A stretch of DNA of 64,000 bases, from the NCBI GenBank assembly GCA_000004985.1, contig GG738863.1. The stretch is one strand, 5' to 3'. This DNA is from Naegleria gruberi (taxonomy: Eukaryota). The translations under genes were made by a program, and so were the position numbers. Below the pieces are notes generated by a model. The model made no database searches, was not told where the DNA came from, and saw only the letters and a list, made by a program, of their open reading frames with translations. Below, one piece after another: positions 22,370 to 33,483 of this stretch (positions are counted from its first letter, which is position 1; each line of letters begins with the position of its first letter).

Positions 22370-23162
22370 ATGTTTTTACCTTTGCTTGATTTAACAGCTG
22401 GAAGTCCATTCTGTTCTTCTAGTGCTGCCTTCTTTGGTTATATGGGAGTTGCATGTGCTTTAATTTTCTCAAATCTTGGTTCTGCTTATGGAGCTGGTAA
22501 AGCTGGTAAGTGATAAACAGATAATAGATTGGCTAAATGAGTTTACTCATGTCTTGATAATGTTGCATGTATTGTGTATTGTATTCATTCACTGATTCAG
22601 GTGTTGGTGTTGCTCATTTGGGTAAGTAAGCATGATTGTTATTGAGTAATAATTGTTTCATTCGTGCATGAAAAGGTATTTTAAATCCAAAACTTGTCAT
22701 GAAAGGATTGATTCCAGTCATCATGTCTGGTATCTTGGGTATTTTTGGTTTAATTGTTGCCATTATTATTAGTACAAATGTTACAACTGGAGTAAGTTGC
22801 TTTGAAGATTTATGGATTTTTAACCAATTTTTAGAGTGGATACAGTAACCATAAGGGTTATTCTCATCTTGCTTCTGGTTTATCTGCTGGTTTATCCTGT
22901 TTAGCTGCTGGTTTAGCTCTTGGGGTAGCAGGTGATGCTGGTAAGTTTCAAATATTAATGAGACGAAACTATTCAAATATTAACTTTTGTACGTAAATTC
23001 ATCCAACAAATAGGTGTTAGAGCATTTGGAAAGCAACCAAAAGTTTTCGTTGGTTTGGTATTAATCTTAATTTTCGGTGAAGCTCTTGGATTGTATGGCT
23101 TGATTGTTGCCTTGGTTACTTCATTGAATGACAGCGGTCCAAAATGTTTAGCACCACATTAA
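22370..23162 (+). CDS. ATP6V0C: V-type H+-ATPase 16-kDa proteolipid subunit c. 5 exons: 22370-22505, 22601-22621, 22676-22791, 22835-22940, 23014-23162.
   Basis: The spliced product is [46 protein letters not shown]|VGVAHLG|[38 protein letters not shown]|[36 protein letters not shown]|[36 protein letters not shown]... This is a canonical 4-TM proteolipid with the conserved Glu in TM4. All introns are GTAAGT...AG and 43-95 nt long. Exon 2 is a 21-nt micro-exon. Confidence 0.85.
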
Positions 23163-23441
23163 GATTAATTTTGAAATAATAAATTAATCAATAGTGAGTT
23201 TTCTTTTGGAGGTTAAGATTACCACAATTAAAGTATTGTAGAATAAAAATATGTATGATAATATTGTAAATACGCTCCTTGTATTCATTAGTTAAACTAG
23301 CAGATTTTAATAACATTTTCCAAAATCTGTAACAAGAGTAATTTCCATCACTTTGATAATTCTCAATTTCTAATAAAGAACTATTCAAATATTTTGCAGT
23401 ATTGTTCACATTGTCAATTATTTTCTTCTGGGCTCCATAAA

Positions 23442-24389
23442 TTACTTATTCCAAATTACTGATGTGATACTTCCAAGAGAAACTGAGAGAGCAACCTCAC
23501 TTCTGTATACAATTTTACGAGCCAGAGAAAGAGATTCAAATCCCAATTCTGCTAACTGAGCTCGTTCTTGATCAAATAAATCTCTTTCTGGTCCAACAAG
23601 CAAATTGATATTCATCTTGTTCATCTTTTGTTTGTTTTCTTCAATTTCATTCAAGAGGGAAAGCCAAGGCTTTTCTCCATCAACATCCAAGAAAACTCTT
23701 CTTTCATTCAATTGCTCTTTCATTTGCTTGCAATAATCTTGAATTGAAAGAGGTGAAGCAATTTCTGGCATTCCATAAAATTGTTTGGATTGCTCCACTG
23801 CTGAAATCATAATCTTTTCAAGTCTATCCTTCTTATTTTCAAAATATTCAGCATGTTGTTTCTTTTCAGTCATGATTGGAATAATCTTGTTCACTCCCAT
23901 AGAGGAACATGTATACATCATCTCTTCAAAAGTATCTCTTGATTTTGTCATACATATTGATGCAGTGACTGAGAATAATTTTCTCTGATTTAATAATTGA
24001 CTGGTTGTTTCATCTTGTTCGAGAGTTAGTACTTTGGCTTGAATCATTCGATTTTCCATTTTAATTACTTCAAATAATTGATGATTTGATTGAGTGTCGA
24101 ATAAAACAAATTGATCACCAGTTTTAAATCTGAGAATATTATTCATTCTCCTCACCAAATTTCCATCATCAATTCCAATAATTTCATTCGGCTCCACATC
24201 AACCATCATTTCCGATAATTCATTATAATTCAATGCAAAAACATGTCTATTATGATTATGAATATTTCTTGTACAATTTTCCAAAATCCTTCCACCACAC
24301 CTCCTCTTACTTCCCAAAGCTCCTATTGCAAATTTTAAATTGTGCACAGAATAAGCTAGTGAGTTTGCTGCTGTTATTGATTTGAACAT
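23442..24389 (-). CDS. RsmE-like RNA methyltransferase (DUF558 / 16S rRNA m3U methyltransferase family), probably organellar
   Basis: The C-terminal SPOUT-type motifs LLVGPERDLFDQERAQLAELGFESLSLARKIVYRSEVALSVSLG resemble the RsmE family signature. ATG is verified. Confidence 0.55.
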   Translation of the reverse strand: MFKSITAANSLAYSVHNLKFAIGALGSKRRCGGRILENCTRNIHNHNRHVFALNYNELSEMMVDVEPNEIIGIDDGNLVRRMNNILRFKTGDQFVLFDTQSNHQLFEVIKMENRMIQAKVLTLEQDETTSQLLNQRKLFSVTASICMTKSRDTFEEMMYTCSSMGVNKIIPIMTEKKQHAEYFENKKDRLEKIMISAVEQSKQFYGMPEIASPLSIQDYCKQMKEQLNERRVFLDVDGEKPWLSLLNEIEENKQKMNKMNINLLVGPERDLFDQERAQLAELGFESLSLARKIVYRSEVALSVSLGSITSVIWNK

Positions 24390-24509
24390 TTTTTATTGTG
24401 TGTTCATTACAAATGGATGCACCACTCATGAAGACAACTTGATGTAAAGTACTTTAACATTTACATTGTGTCTTGCAGATGAATGGATTCATCCCTAATA
24501 ATTTAAATT

Positions 24510-25415
24510 TTACCAAAAAACGCTAGTAATCTTACTAATAAAACCAGTGACACCACTTCCATTCTCTTCCTTTGGTTGTTGTTGTTGCTTCTTTTTCCTT
24601 CTGGCTTGCAAACTGTTATCTTCACAGGCAACTAAACTTTGCATGTAACTGGAGGCTTTGGTTGGTTGTTTTTGGGCGGCTTGAGTCTTTTCAGGTGAAA
24701 GATATTGTGGTTGATAGTTTTCCTTATCATAGTTAATATTGTTATACTCGGTTTCACAAACACTATCAGAAATAACAGAGATGGTGTAAGAGTTCTTAGC
24801 TAATTCTTCCAGAATCTTATCTGTTGAGGTTCTAGTGTATACAGTGACTTGTTTCTTAGGTACATTGAATGTGTAGGAGATGGTTCCTTTGAGTTGCAAG
24901 ATTAATTCTTCTAATCTTTGTCTTTGTTTTTCATTTGTCAATTGTTCAATTTGAAGAACAACATTTCTCTTCTTTCTTCTCTTCTTCTTCTTAGCATCGA
25001 TATTAGAAGCATTGATTTGTTCATTCATTGGTGCTTGAACAGAAATGAGATCATTTGGAAGAAGTTCCAATTGTTCACGGCCTAGATTCATATACAAATT
25101 ATTGATAATTTCATGGATGAGTGTACACAATGTATTTGTCTTATCAACTTCAGACTTGTACAAAGCAACAAGTGATTCTATAATATTAGGTTCCTTGGAC
25201 ATTAAATCGGTATTGTCTGGATGAGAGGAGAGCATCTTGATTGTTTCGCAAGCAATAATCTTTACATTGGTAGAGTAATGTGGTTGAGAGAGGAAGGAAA
25301 CAAGAGATGTAGTAACACCTCTACGAACAATGACTGGCTGATTGTCTCTGTCGAGGGCCAATGTTCGAAGCTTGGTAACTACTCTGTGGACATCGACGGC
25401 AACTGTTTCCTTCAT
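24510..25415 (-). CDS. Armadillo/HEAT-like helical protein with a C-terminal HMA-like beta-alpha segment (ARMC1-like architecture), 301 aa
   Basis: The N-terminal region is ARM-like. A KKQVTVYTRTSTDKILEELAKNSYTISVISD segment has a ferredoxin-like HMA flavour. The call is by architecture only. Confidence 0.35.
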   Translation of the reverse strand: MKETVAVDVHRVVTKLRTLALDRDNQPVIVRRGVTTSLVSFLSQPHYSTNVKIIACETIKMLSSHPDNTDLMSKEPNIIESLVALYKSEVDKTNTLCTLIHEIINNLYMNLGREQLELLPNDLISVQAPMNEQINASNIDAKKKKRRKKRNVVLQIEQLTNEKQRQRLEELILQLKGTISYTFNVPKKQVTVYTRTSTDKILEELAKNSYTISVISDSVCETEYNNINYDKENYQPQYLSPEKTQAAQKQPTKASSYMQSLVACEDNSLQARRKKKQQQQPKEENGSGVTGFISKITSVFW

Positions 25416-25778
25416 TTTGTGATGATGTGATGGAAGGCTGAGGGTAAAAATGCTTGTTTTTTTTTATTGAGAAAAATGAATAGATTTTTAAATTATGTGT
25501 AACGGATAGAGTTTTAGAAAATGTAACGGAAAGAGCGCCAAAACAATTACAACGGTAATTATTTAATATTATTTAAATTAGAATTTATTGAAGATTTAAT
25601 AGATTAAACTGAATATCAATGACAGATAACTACCATTAAAAGCTACACAACCAATAATAATGGTTTAACAACCTCCCGCCATTTCTTGCCATTACAAATT
25701 CCAAAAGCAAAAAAAGAATTAAATAATGAACACTAACGGATTTGCTTTTGGAAGCAGTCATCACCAACAAAGGCAATC

Positions 25779-26175
25779 TTGTTGCCTTCTCAATCTGACA
25801 ATCATCACACAATATTCCAACATCCATCAGAACATCAGCAACACATTCAATCCTTTCCGAGAGTGAGAAGGAGTAATCCCTATCTTTTCAATCATCATTA
25901 TTCTTCATCACAGGATGAAATTACTTGCTTCTCGAATAATCATCATCAAATAGATAAAAGAGAGGTATCCTATTATCGTAAGTAGTATTCATATGATCAG
26001 TAGTAGAATAGAACCATATAATTATCACTAGAACAAACACTAAACATGATGAAACAAGCCCAAAAAGATATTGTTGCCAATAATTCTACCAATCCAATGA
26101 TGATTGATTCGGAACAGACAACAACAGAGCAAAAAGCACCAAAAAGCAAGGATATCAGAGACTATTTTTCTAGAA
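25779..26175 (+). CDS. Fragments of an uncharacterised multi-exon plus-strand gene (exon-like ORFs ending at GTAAGT/GTATTA donors)
   Basis: The ORF 25779-25985 ends immediately before gtaagtag. The ORF 26041-26175 ends before gtatta. Both are Q/H-rich. The gene structure is not resolved. Confidence 0.2.
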
Positions 26176-26277
26176 GGTATTAATTTAATCTTCAGACCTG
26201 TACAATAATAGAATACAATTTATGTAGTTTAATAATTTAAATTTTGAACTAATTAGTGATTAGGTTCGTTGGTTGGT

Positions 26278-26808
26278 TTACTTCTTGTTAAGATTTTCCA
26301 AAAGCCATTCCTCAGTTAAATCCTCATAATCACGAATTTCGTAACTTCTTGGTACGTCCAATTTTCTTGCCAATGTTAAAAAAAGTCAGCTGCCAAATAA
26401 AACTTACCTAATCAATGGCAATTTCAATCTAGAGTACATCACTGTTTGTGAAAAATGTCACTATGATAAATAATCAACACAATAAAACATACTTTGGTCA
26501 TATGGATTAGCATTCTTTGGAGTGTAGAAAATAGACATGAGTGGATATTGAACTCTATCACTTCTTTGCCAAGCATAGGACAAGATAATAAATCTTGGTT
26601 GGAGGTTACAATCATCAAGGAAAGTTTGCAAATCATCAAAATTGGTTTCTTCTAATTTATCATCAATAATAATAGATCCATCATCCTTTTTAATCTTGAG
26701 AATGAGAGCAACCATTGATTTGCTGCTACTCAAACGAACCTTCTTATATTCCTTCAAAACTTCTTCTCCGAGGATAATATCAGATTGTGCTTCTGTTGTA
26801 GTGGCCAT
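26278..26808 (-). CDS. GMF: Glia maturation factor (ADF-H domain) homologue. 3 exons (26493-26808, 26408-26441, 26278-26365) with introns of 51 and 42 nt.
   Basis: ...PRFIILSYAWQRSDRVQYPLMSIFYTPKNANPYDQ|MMYSRLKLPLI|RKLDVPRSYEIRDYEDLTEEWLLENLNKK aligns closely with human GMFB ([28 protein letters not shown]...EQQMMYAGSKNKL...VFEIRNTEDLTEEWLREKL). The middle exon is only 34 nt. Confidence 0.7.
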
Positions 26809-27263
26809 ATTTTTTATGAATAATGAAACTTTTCAACACAAACCAATCACCGACAATGAGAGGAGAATGTTTGATGGATTTTGAGTTATCGATGTCGATT
26901 CCAAATTGCGAGAAGCTCCTCTTGTATTGAAAACTCCTTTCCATATTTATGATTATGGAGTAAGGAAGAATCTGCATCAATGCAAGTGCTTTGTAAAAAA
27001 GCCTTATTGTTTGAACACTAAAGAAAAAGAATGAATTGTGTTGTTTGAATTCGTAAATAAACCAATTATTCATCATCCAATATCCTCTTCTTATCCTACC
27101 TCTATAAAAAATATTGTAAAGTTAATAGTATTTAAATATTTAAATATTAGTAAATAGTAACACACAATAAAATTAATATGAATATTAATTTCAATCAAGA
27201 TTGATTTAAATACGCCGAATAAATATTTTCATCATTTCGGGACCTGAAACAATTTAGAAAAAA

Positions 27264-28499
27264 ATGATGAGAAATATGAAGACGCTCTTGAAGCCATCAT
27301 CGTCATTGGCTTGCATCACTAGACAACCACAACAATTCGCCACCAAACTTTTCAATAACAGTAGTAATATTCGTAATTTTTCATTATCGAGAATTAGTAA
27401 ACAACAACAACAATCCGAACAAAATAGTGGTGGATCATCGGAATCGTCAGGAAAAAGACAAAGTCCATTCAGAAGGCTTTTAAAGACTTCCTTGTTGTTG
27501 TCATTGGGTATTTCAACTGTGGCCATTGTTTGGTCAGTAAGACAATATAATCAAGAACCAAATGACTCAGTTTTGGATAAGGTTTTCAAGAACTTGTATG
27601 GTCCATATAGAAATTATGTTCAATTGACCACTCCTCAACCAAATATTGAGGAAACTTTAGTTTATAATAATGATATGCTTTCCTTTGATGCCTCTAATAG
27701 TGCTGATCCAACTGATCCACTTTCTAATTTATTTGTCAAGCCAGGTCTTTTGATTAAAGAGGAAATTCACAATGTTGGAGGTACCTTTGAAGTTTTTGAT
27801 GATTATGGACATACTCTTGATTTAATTTGGATGCTTATGAGTAGAGATGAATTCAACAAGGCATCCAATAGTGTTGATTCAGGATCTAGAGAAGAATTAT
27901 TGAACGGAGAAGATTTTGAATTACTCGAATTTAGTATTAACAGAGGATTAAACCCAGAGGAAGAAATTGTTTATATGGAAAGAATTAATCCAAAGGTAAG
28001 CTCTTTATTTCTATAATAGTAGGTATTAATTATTGAGTAGAATATGGTTTCTTCAAAAGAATATGCAAGCTTACCAGAAAGTATCAAGAACAAACCAAAT
28101 TGTGTAGTTGCTGTTATCAAAACACCAAATGCCTATGCTCATAAGAAGGATTATTTCGAAACAAGATATGGTGTTGATTCTGCTAAAAAAATCACTTCAC
28201 CTCCAAATCGTGACTTGTACAGAGCTATGGTCTTGACAACATACTTTAACTATTACATTGCTATTGGTAGAGCTTATCCAAATCAAATGATTAATTTCGA
28301 TTTGGCTAAAAAGGATTTAAGCAGAGAAGAAATGCAAAAGGTTTTGAGTTTTATTCCAGAATCTCAACAAGCTACCTTCCAAGCTATTGCTCGCCAAAGT
28401 ACCTCCAAATCATATGAAGTGATAAGAGATCTCAGAAATACTGCTTTGAAATTGTATGCTGATAGATTGACATTTAAAGTTCCTCCAGAGGACAATTAA
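27264..28499 (+). CDS. Hypothetical protein with a presequence-like N-terminus. 2 exons: 27264-27996 and 28041-28499.
   Basis: The exon 1 donor is AAG|GTAAGC. A 44-nt intron ends ...gagtag|. Exon 2 is in phase (...RINPK|NMVSSKEY...). The N-terminus MMRNMKTLLKPSSSLACITRQ is R/S-rich, suggesting mitochondrial targeting. Confidence 0.45.
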
Positions 28500-28518
28500 A
28501 TCAATCTTAATGTACATG

Positions 28519-30507
28519 TTAAATCTTTAATGTGCTCAGTTTAGTGCAAACAACATCTTTGAAGTTAGATTGTTTTTGAATAAGGTGGAATGCTCGGACA
28601 AACTCATATCTAATGGCATCTAATCCAGTAATAGAAACATTTCTGGCTGTGTTAAACTCTGTTTCGAATGGATCTTCTACAGCAAACAATGCTTTCCAAG
28701 ATTTATCTTCTTTCGAGAAGATTCTATTTCCTGAGTTTCTAATGCTAATGGCGTTATTTTCATAATCAAACTCAAAGGCATAGTACTTGAAGAATTTTAA
28801 CAATAGAGATCCAAGAGAGTCATCTTTCTTGGTTATCTTTTTGTTAATTTCATCAAGAGATTCTTCAAAGGAGCAATCATAATTGTTACCATCAAGTCCA
28901 TCCACTATTTTTGTTTTCATGTTTGTAAACACAGTTTTGTCTTGTAAGAATGGCAATACATCACATTGTTGGAGTAGGTGAATAACCATTATTACCAAAC
29001 AATAGGAGCTGAGTGTGCCTCCAAATGGGTCATTGATACATCTTTGCTTAGACCAGTATTTGATTAAAAATATTAATTGCTTGCATCTAATATCAATATT
29101 GCAATAGAGTCCAATTAATCTCGTATTGTAAACTGCCAAAATATTATTTACACCAATGTCACAGTTAATTTTGAGATTTTGTTCGGTAAATGTTACAATA
29201 GGAATTCTTGCAGTAAATATTCCCTTCACGTCTGTATAGTTTAGTTTTGATTCTAAAAATTGTTTGAGTTGTGAAACATAATTTTTCTTGTGATATTGTT
29301 CTTGGGATAGCTTCTTCTTAGGCTTGGACTTCTTTTTAACTTCAGTCTTTTGAGATTCTTCTCCCTCCTCATCTTGCTCCTCTACAACTTCTTCTTCAGC
29401 TGTTTCTGTATTTTCATTGGGTTTTTCTTCCTCTACTTCTTTAGAGACTGGTATTTTCTTCATTCTATCTGGTGTTAATTCCACAACAAGACAAAAATCA
29501 ACGTCACAATATTCATTCTTTCCTTGTAATTGTCTTAAGCATAGTCCATTAGCACTTGATCCAAACATGTAAAGTTTAGCATCACTCCACTTGTTAATTA
29601 TTAACTTTTCAAAATTTTTGAAGAATTCATTTCTCTTTTCAATCTCCTTTTGTGTAGGAATGAGTTCATTATAAAGTTTCAATATGGATGGTGTTACACT
29701 ACTTGTCAAAAATGAATCTATTGGTTTGAGCTTTTCTGGTATGGTTAACATTCTCTCATCGAGCTCAACTCTATAGGCTCCAAATTTAAAATTAATAGGT
29801 TGATCCTTTTTCTTATTTTTTGTAGGCTTTTTTTGTGTTTTTTCTGGAGAGGTATCAGATTGTTCAGTAGTTGAATTAGTAATTGAATTTTGAACAGTTT
29901 CAGTAAGTTGTTCTTTTGGAGGGTTGACAAATTCTTTTTGTGAAGGAGTCTCGACAGCCTTATTTTGAACTGGTTTGGGTTGTTCTCCTCCCAGCAAAAG
30001 TGATTTTAATTCATTTTCAATTTGTTTTGCATTAGTTTGATTTTCTTGGGGATGTTGATTAGGATAGTAGTAAGGATACATTGGATTGTACATCATAGTT
30101 GGCTGACCTGTTTGATAATAACTATTCAGAGCATCCATGTTAGGAGGATATCCAAACATTTGATGGACTTGTTGAATGGTGTTGTAATCATAAAAATTAT
30201 AAGGTGGTCGATTAAATATTTCACTGTTCATCATCTGATTTTGATAGTAATTTTGTTGCATAAAACTCGTATCGTAATAAACAGGCTGTTGACTGAAATG
30301 TGGTTGTCCATTATTTTCCATTCCGTTCGGAGGCTGATGATAATGTTGTGATGGCACATTCCAATTATTTAAATTATTATTTGTACTATTACCGTTCACA
30401 TGAGAAGATGTCGTGGATGGAAATTGATTTCGAAGGCTAGAATTCATCGTTTGATGATGATGTTGTGGTGGATTTGAATGCTGCTGTTGCGTTTGTCGTT
30501 GTTGCAT
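28519..30507 (-). CDS. Cid1/GLD2-type non-canonical poly(A) polymerase or terminal uridylyltransferase. Nucleotidyltransferase domain plus PAP-associated domain, with Q/N/Y-rich N-terminus.
   Basis: The NTase motif is MFGSSANGLCLRQLQGKNEYCDVDFCLVV (GS...DxD). The PAP/OAS1-associated region is LLLKFFKYYAFEFDYENNAISIRN. A long prion-like N-terminus is present. ATG is verified. Confidence 0.65.
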   Translation of the reverse strand: MQQRQTQQQHSNPPQHHHQTMNSSLRNQFPSTTSSHVNGNSTNNNLNNWNVPSQHYHQPPNGMENNGQPHFSQQPVYYDTSFMQQNYYQNQMMNSEIFNRPPYNFYDYNTIQQVHQMFGYPPNMDALNSYYQTGQPTMMYNPMYPYYYPNQHPQENQTNAKQIENELKSLLLGGEQPKPVQNKAVETPSQKEFVNPPKEQLTETVQNSITNSTTEQSDTSPEKTQKKPTKNKKKDQPINFKFGAYRVELDERMLTIPEKLKPIDSFLTSSVTPSILKLYNELIPTQKEIEKRNEFFKNFEKLIINKWSDAKLYMFGSSANGLCLRQLQGKNEYCDVDFCLVVELTPDRMKKIPVSKEVEEEKPNENTETAEEEVVEEQDEEGEESQKTEVKKKSKPKKKLSQEQYHKKNYVSQLKQFLESKLNYTDVKGIFTARIPIVTFTEQNLKINCDIGVNNILAVYNTRLIGLYCNIDIRCKQLIFLIKYWSKQRCINDPFGGTLSSYCLVIMVIHLLQQCDVLPFLQDKTVFTNMKTKIVDGLDGNNYDCSFEESLDEINKKITKKDDSLGSLLLKFFKYYAFEFDYENNAISIRNSGNRIFSKEDKSWKALFAVEDPFETEFNTARNVSITGLDAIRYEFVRAFHLIQKQSNFKDVVCTKLSTLKI

Positions 30508-30548
30508 TTTTTCTCAAACTCTTCAAATCCAGCCTGGAGGTGCATTAA

Positions 30549-30560
30549 TTTGGCGCCAAT
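30549..30560. promoter_or_regulatory. E2F-type element TTTGGCGCCAAT, 42 nt upstream of the Cid1-like gene ATG, in a divergent promoter shared with the GGTase-I beta gene
   Basis: The GGCGCC core is flanked by TTT/AAT. It lies between the divergent genes at 30507 (minus) and 30745 (plus). Confidence 0.5.
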
Positions 30561-30744
30561 CAATTCTTCCACCAAATTGAACCTTTAACATCATTCGCTA
30601 CTGTAGCAATCAATTAATTCTATTCATCATCAAATTCTTTTATTCAAAACTTATTTAATATATGAAAAGAAGTGAACAGGGAAATTGTAACAAAATCATC
30701 AATCTATCCATCATCAGCAATTTATATAATAAAATTATTAAAAA

Positions 30745-31827
30745 ATGTCTTCATCATCAGCATCAACCAATTATCCACCTCTCGAAGTTGATAAACATGT
30801 AAAATACTTTATGGGACATTGTAGTGTACTTCCACACTTTTATGGTTCTCAAGATACCAACAGAATGACAATATTGTATTTTATAATTTCCGGCTTGGAT
30901 GTTCTCGGAAAAGTTGATCTGGCTTTGAATGATGAGAGAAAAAAGGAAATTATTGAATGGGTTTATTCTAATCAAATTGGACCAGATCAAAATGAAAGTA
31001 ATTTGGAGAAGTGTGGATTTAGAGGAGGTAATTTTATTGGTTTACCAATTGGCTGTTATGAATGTTGTCATGAACATCCACTCTCTGAAAATCAGATCAG
31101 ATATGATGTTGGACATATTGCTATGACTTATACTGCTCTTGCAATTTTAAGAATTCTTGGAGATGATTTCTCTAGAGTTAATAAGAAAAGTATTATTGGA
31201 GCTTTGAAATACTTACAAGATAAGAATGGTTGTTTTAAAGCAACTTGTTTTGGAAGTGAGACTGATATTAGATTTACATTTTGTGCTTGTGCTATTTCAG
31301 CATTTTTGAATGATTGGAGTGGTGTAAATAAGGAATTAGCTTTTGAATATATTAAAAGCAGTCGTGGATATGATTATTGCTTCTCTCATGGTCCAGGATT
31401 GGAATCTCATGGAGGAAGTACTTATTGTGCAATTGCTGCGCTGGATTTGATGGGATATCTTGATAAATTGGATCATCAAGAAGAAATGAAGGAATGGTTA
31501 TTGAAAAGACAACTTTCTGGATTCCAAGGAAGACCACAAAAGGATGCTGATACTTGTTATTCATTCTGGGTTGGTGGTACTTTACAAACACTTGATTGCT
31601 TACAATATGTGGATGAAGTACAAACAAAATTGTTCACATTATCTTGTCAAACTGAATATGGCGGTATAAGTAAGGTCAAAGATACCTATCCAGATGTATT
31701 GCACACTTACATGTCATTAGCAGGTTTGAGCATGCTAGGATTTGAGGGTTTGAACAAGGTTTTCCCATCTTTAAATATTACTGAAAGAGCTGCTAAAGGA
31801 CTTGAATGCTTTGATTCAAGACAATAA
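30745..31827 (+). CDS. PGGT1B: Protein geranylgeranyltransferase type-I beta subunit (prenyltransferase alpha-alpha toroid repeats), 360 aa
   Basis: Collinear similarity to human PGGT1B. For example, [16 protein letters not shown]...[29 protein letters not shown] corresponds to NLNRCGFRGSSYLGIP...[29 protein letters not shown]. Also [16 protein letters not shown] and [12 protein letters not shown] match. Confidence 0.75.
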   Translation: [360 protein letters not shown]

Positions 31828-31986
31828 ACACTTAATTTATTTAGATCCTTATTGGAGACTATCCTAAATAATAAAGAAATGGAAGAAACAATAATTGATG
31901 ACGAAGGGGAAGAGGAAGAACTAACACCAACAACGATTTTAAGGTTAACAACATTGGGGTGCTGATAACTGGCAAATACAGATAGT

Positions 31987-33444
31987 TTATTGAAAATCTG
32001 AGGAGAGATGCAATATTTTGGGTAGTTTGACTTTAAGTATTTCTAAATTTTCTGATAATTCAGCCTTTTCATTTCTTAGCTGATTGAGAGCTTGTTCCAA
32101 ACTATTTACTATTTGACTATTTTTCAAAAAGTTAGATTCTAGATTAGTATTTGCTTCCTTAAGAATTCTAATCATTTCCACTGATTTCTGTAATTCTTTC
32201 TTGTATCTATTTGACTTTTCAATGAGAGTTTGTTTTTCTTGCTCATTCGCATTATCCTTGTGAGATAGAGTATTTTCGTATTTATCTTGTTGCTCCCTTA
32301 GTTGACTATTCAGAGAATTCAAAAGCTCTTGGCTATTCAAATGTTGAGATTGGTAATAATTCTCCTTCTCACGAAATTCGCTTTCAAGCCTATCCACAAT
32401 CGAGGTCAGATTGGAAATCTCCTTTTTGAATGACTTCTCTTGTTCCTCTGTTTTTAAAGCAAATTGTTGACTTTGATTTAGCATTTCCTCTTGAAACTTC
32501 TTATTCTCTGACCTTAATTGATCAACCAACAGTTCCAATTTTTCATTCTCCTTCTTTAGTTTTTCCTTTCCCAGATTTTCATTAAATTGCAGCTTTTGAA
32601 ATTCAAAAATTGTTTTCTTCTCTTCTGCAATTGCTCTCAAAAGTTCATCTTGCATGATGGTCAACTCTTCACATTCTGCTCTTTTATGTTCAAAATTAAT
32701 TTTAAGGGTGTTTAATTCTGATTTTAATCTGTCATTCTCATTATGATTTTTTGTCAACTCATGTTTGACATGTTGTAATTCTTCTCTCATCTCACTAGAT
32801 TTAATTTCAAGATTCATCAATTGATTATTCCTCCTATCCAACTCTCCTTGAACAACTCCTTGTTTGTACATATTCAATTGATCCTGAATTCCATTCTTCT
32901 GTAGACGAAGTTGTTCAGCATATTCCTGAATTGAACTTTTTTCATGAATCAATTGAGAAACTCTCACTGAATCACCACTCATTAATTGATTAAGATTGTT
33001 CAATTTTTTAATTTCCTCCTTTAGGTGAATCACTTGTTTCGAAAAATCCTCAATCCTCATCAAATTCAAATTTCGTTCATTTTCTAATAATCTAATCTTT
33101 TCATCTCTCCAAATAATCTCATAATTACCAATATCATTGGCAGTCATATTCATCAATCCAGATTTCCTCTTCCCCTCACTTACCAAATTATTAATTGCAC
33201 TCAAATCAGAGCATGATGATTTAGCAGATGATGTAGTTTCGGATAAATAATGAGGGGAAGCAATTAAATCCTCATCAAACGAAAGTGGACCACTAGGAGA
33301 GCCCGAAGATTGAATATCAAACAATGATTGATTATAACAACCTCCTCCTCTACCACGAACAGCCCCATCATTTCCATTAGTATCATTATTCATTGTTATA
33401 TTTCCATCATCAGATGAAGATGATGAAGGCGATGAAAAATTCAT
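31987..33444 (-). CDS. Coiled-coil protein (485 aa) with an S/N/G-rich N-terminus
   Basis: There are long heptad-type K/E/L/Q-rich segments and no globular domain. ATG is verified. An E2F palindrome lies 40 nt upstream. Confidence 0.5.
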   Translation of the reverse strand: MNFSSPSSSSSDDGNITMNNDTNGNDGAVRGRGGGCYNQSLFDIQSSGSPSGPLSFDEDLIASPHYLSETTSSAKSSCSDLSAINNLVSEGKRKSGLMNMTANDIGNYEIIWRDEKIRLLENERNLNLMRIEDFSKQVIHLKEEIKKLNNLNQLMSGDSVRVSQLIHEKSSIQEYAEQLRLQKNGIQDQLNMYKQGVVQGELDRRNNQLMNLEIKSSEMREELQHVKHELTKNHNENDRLKSELNTLKINFEHKRAECEELTIMQDELLRAIAEEKKTIFEFQKLQFNENLGKEKLKKENEKLELLVDQLRSENKKFQEEMLNQSQQFALKTEEQEKSFKKEISNLTSIVDRLESEFREKENYYQSQHLNSQELLNSLNSQLREQQDKYENTLSHKDNANEQEKQTLIEKSNRYKKELQKSVEMIRILKEANTNLESNFLKNSQIVNSLEQALNQLRNEKAELSENLEILKVKLPKILHLSSDFQ

Positions 33445-33483
33445 TTTTTTTATTGTAAAGATTTTTGAAAATTGTAATTAAAT

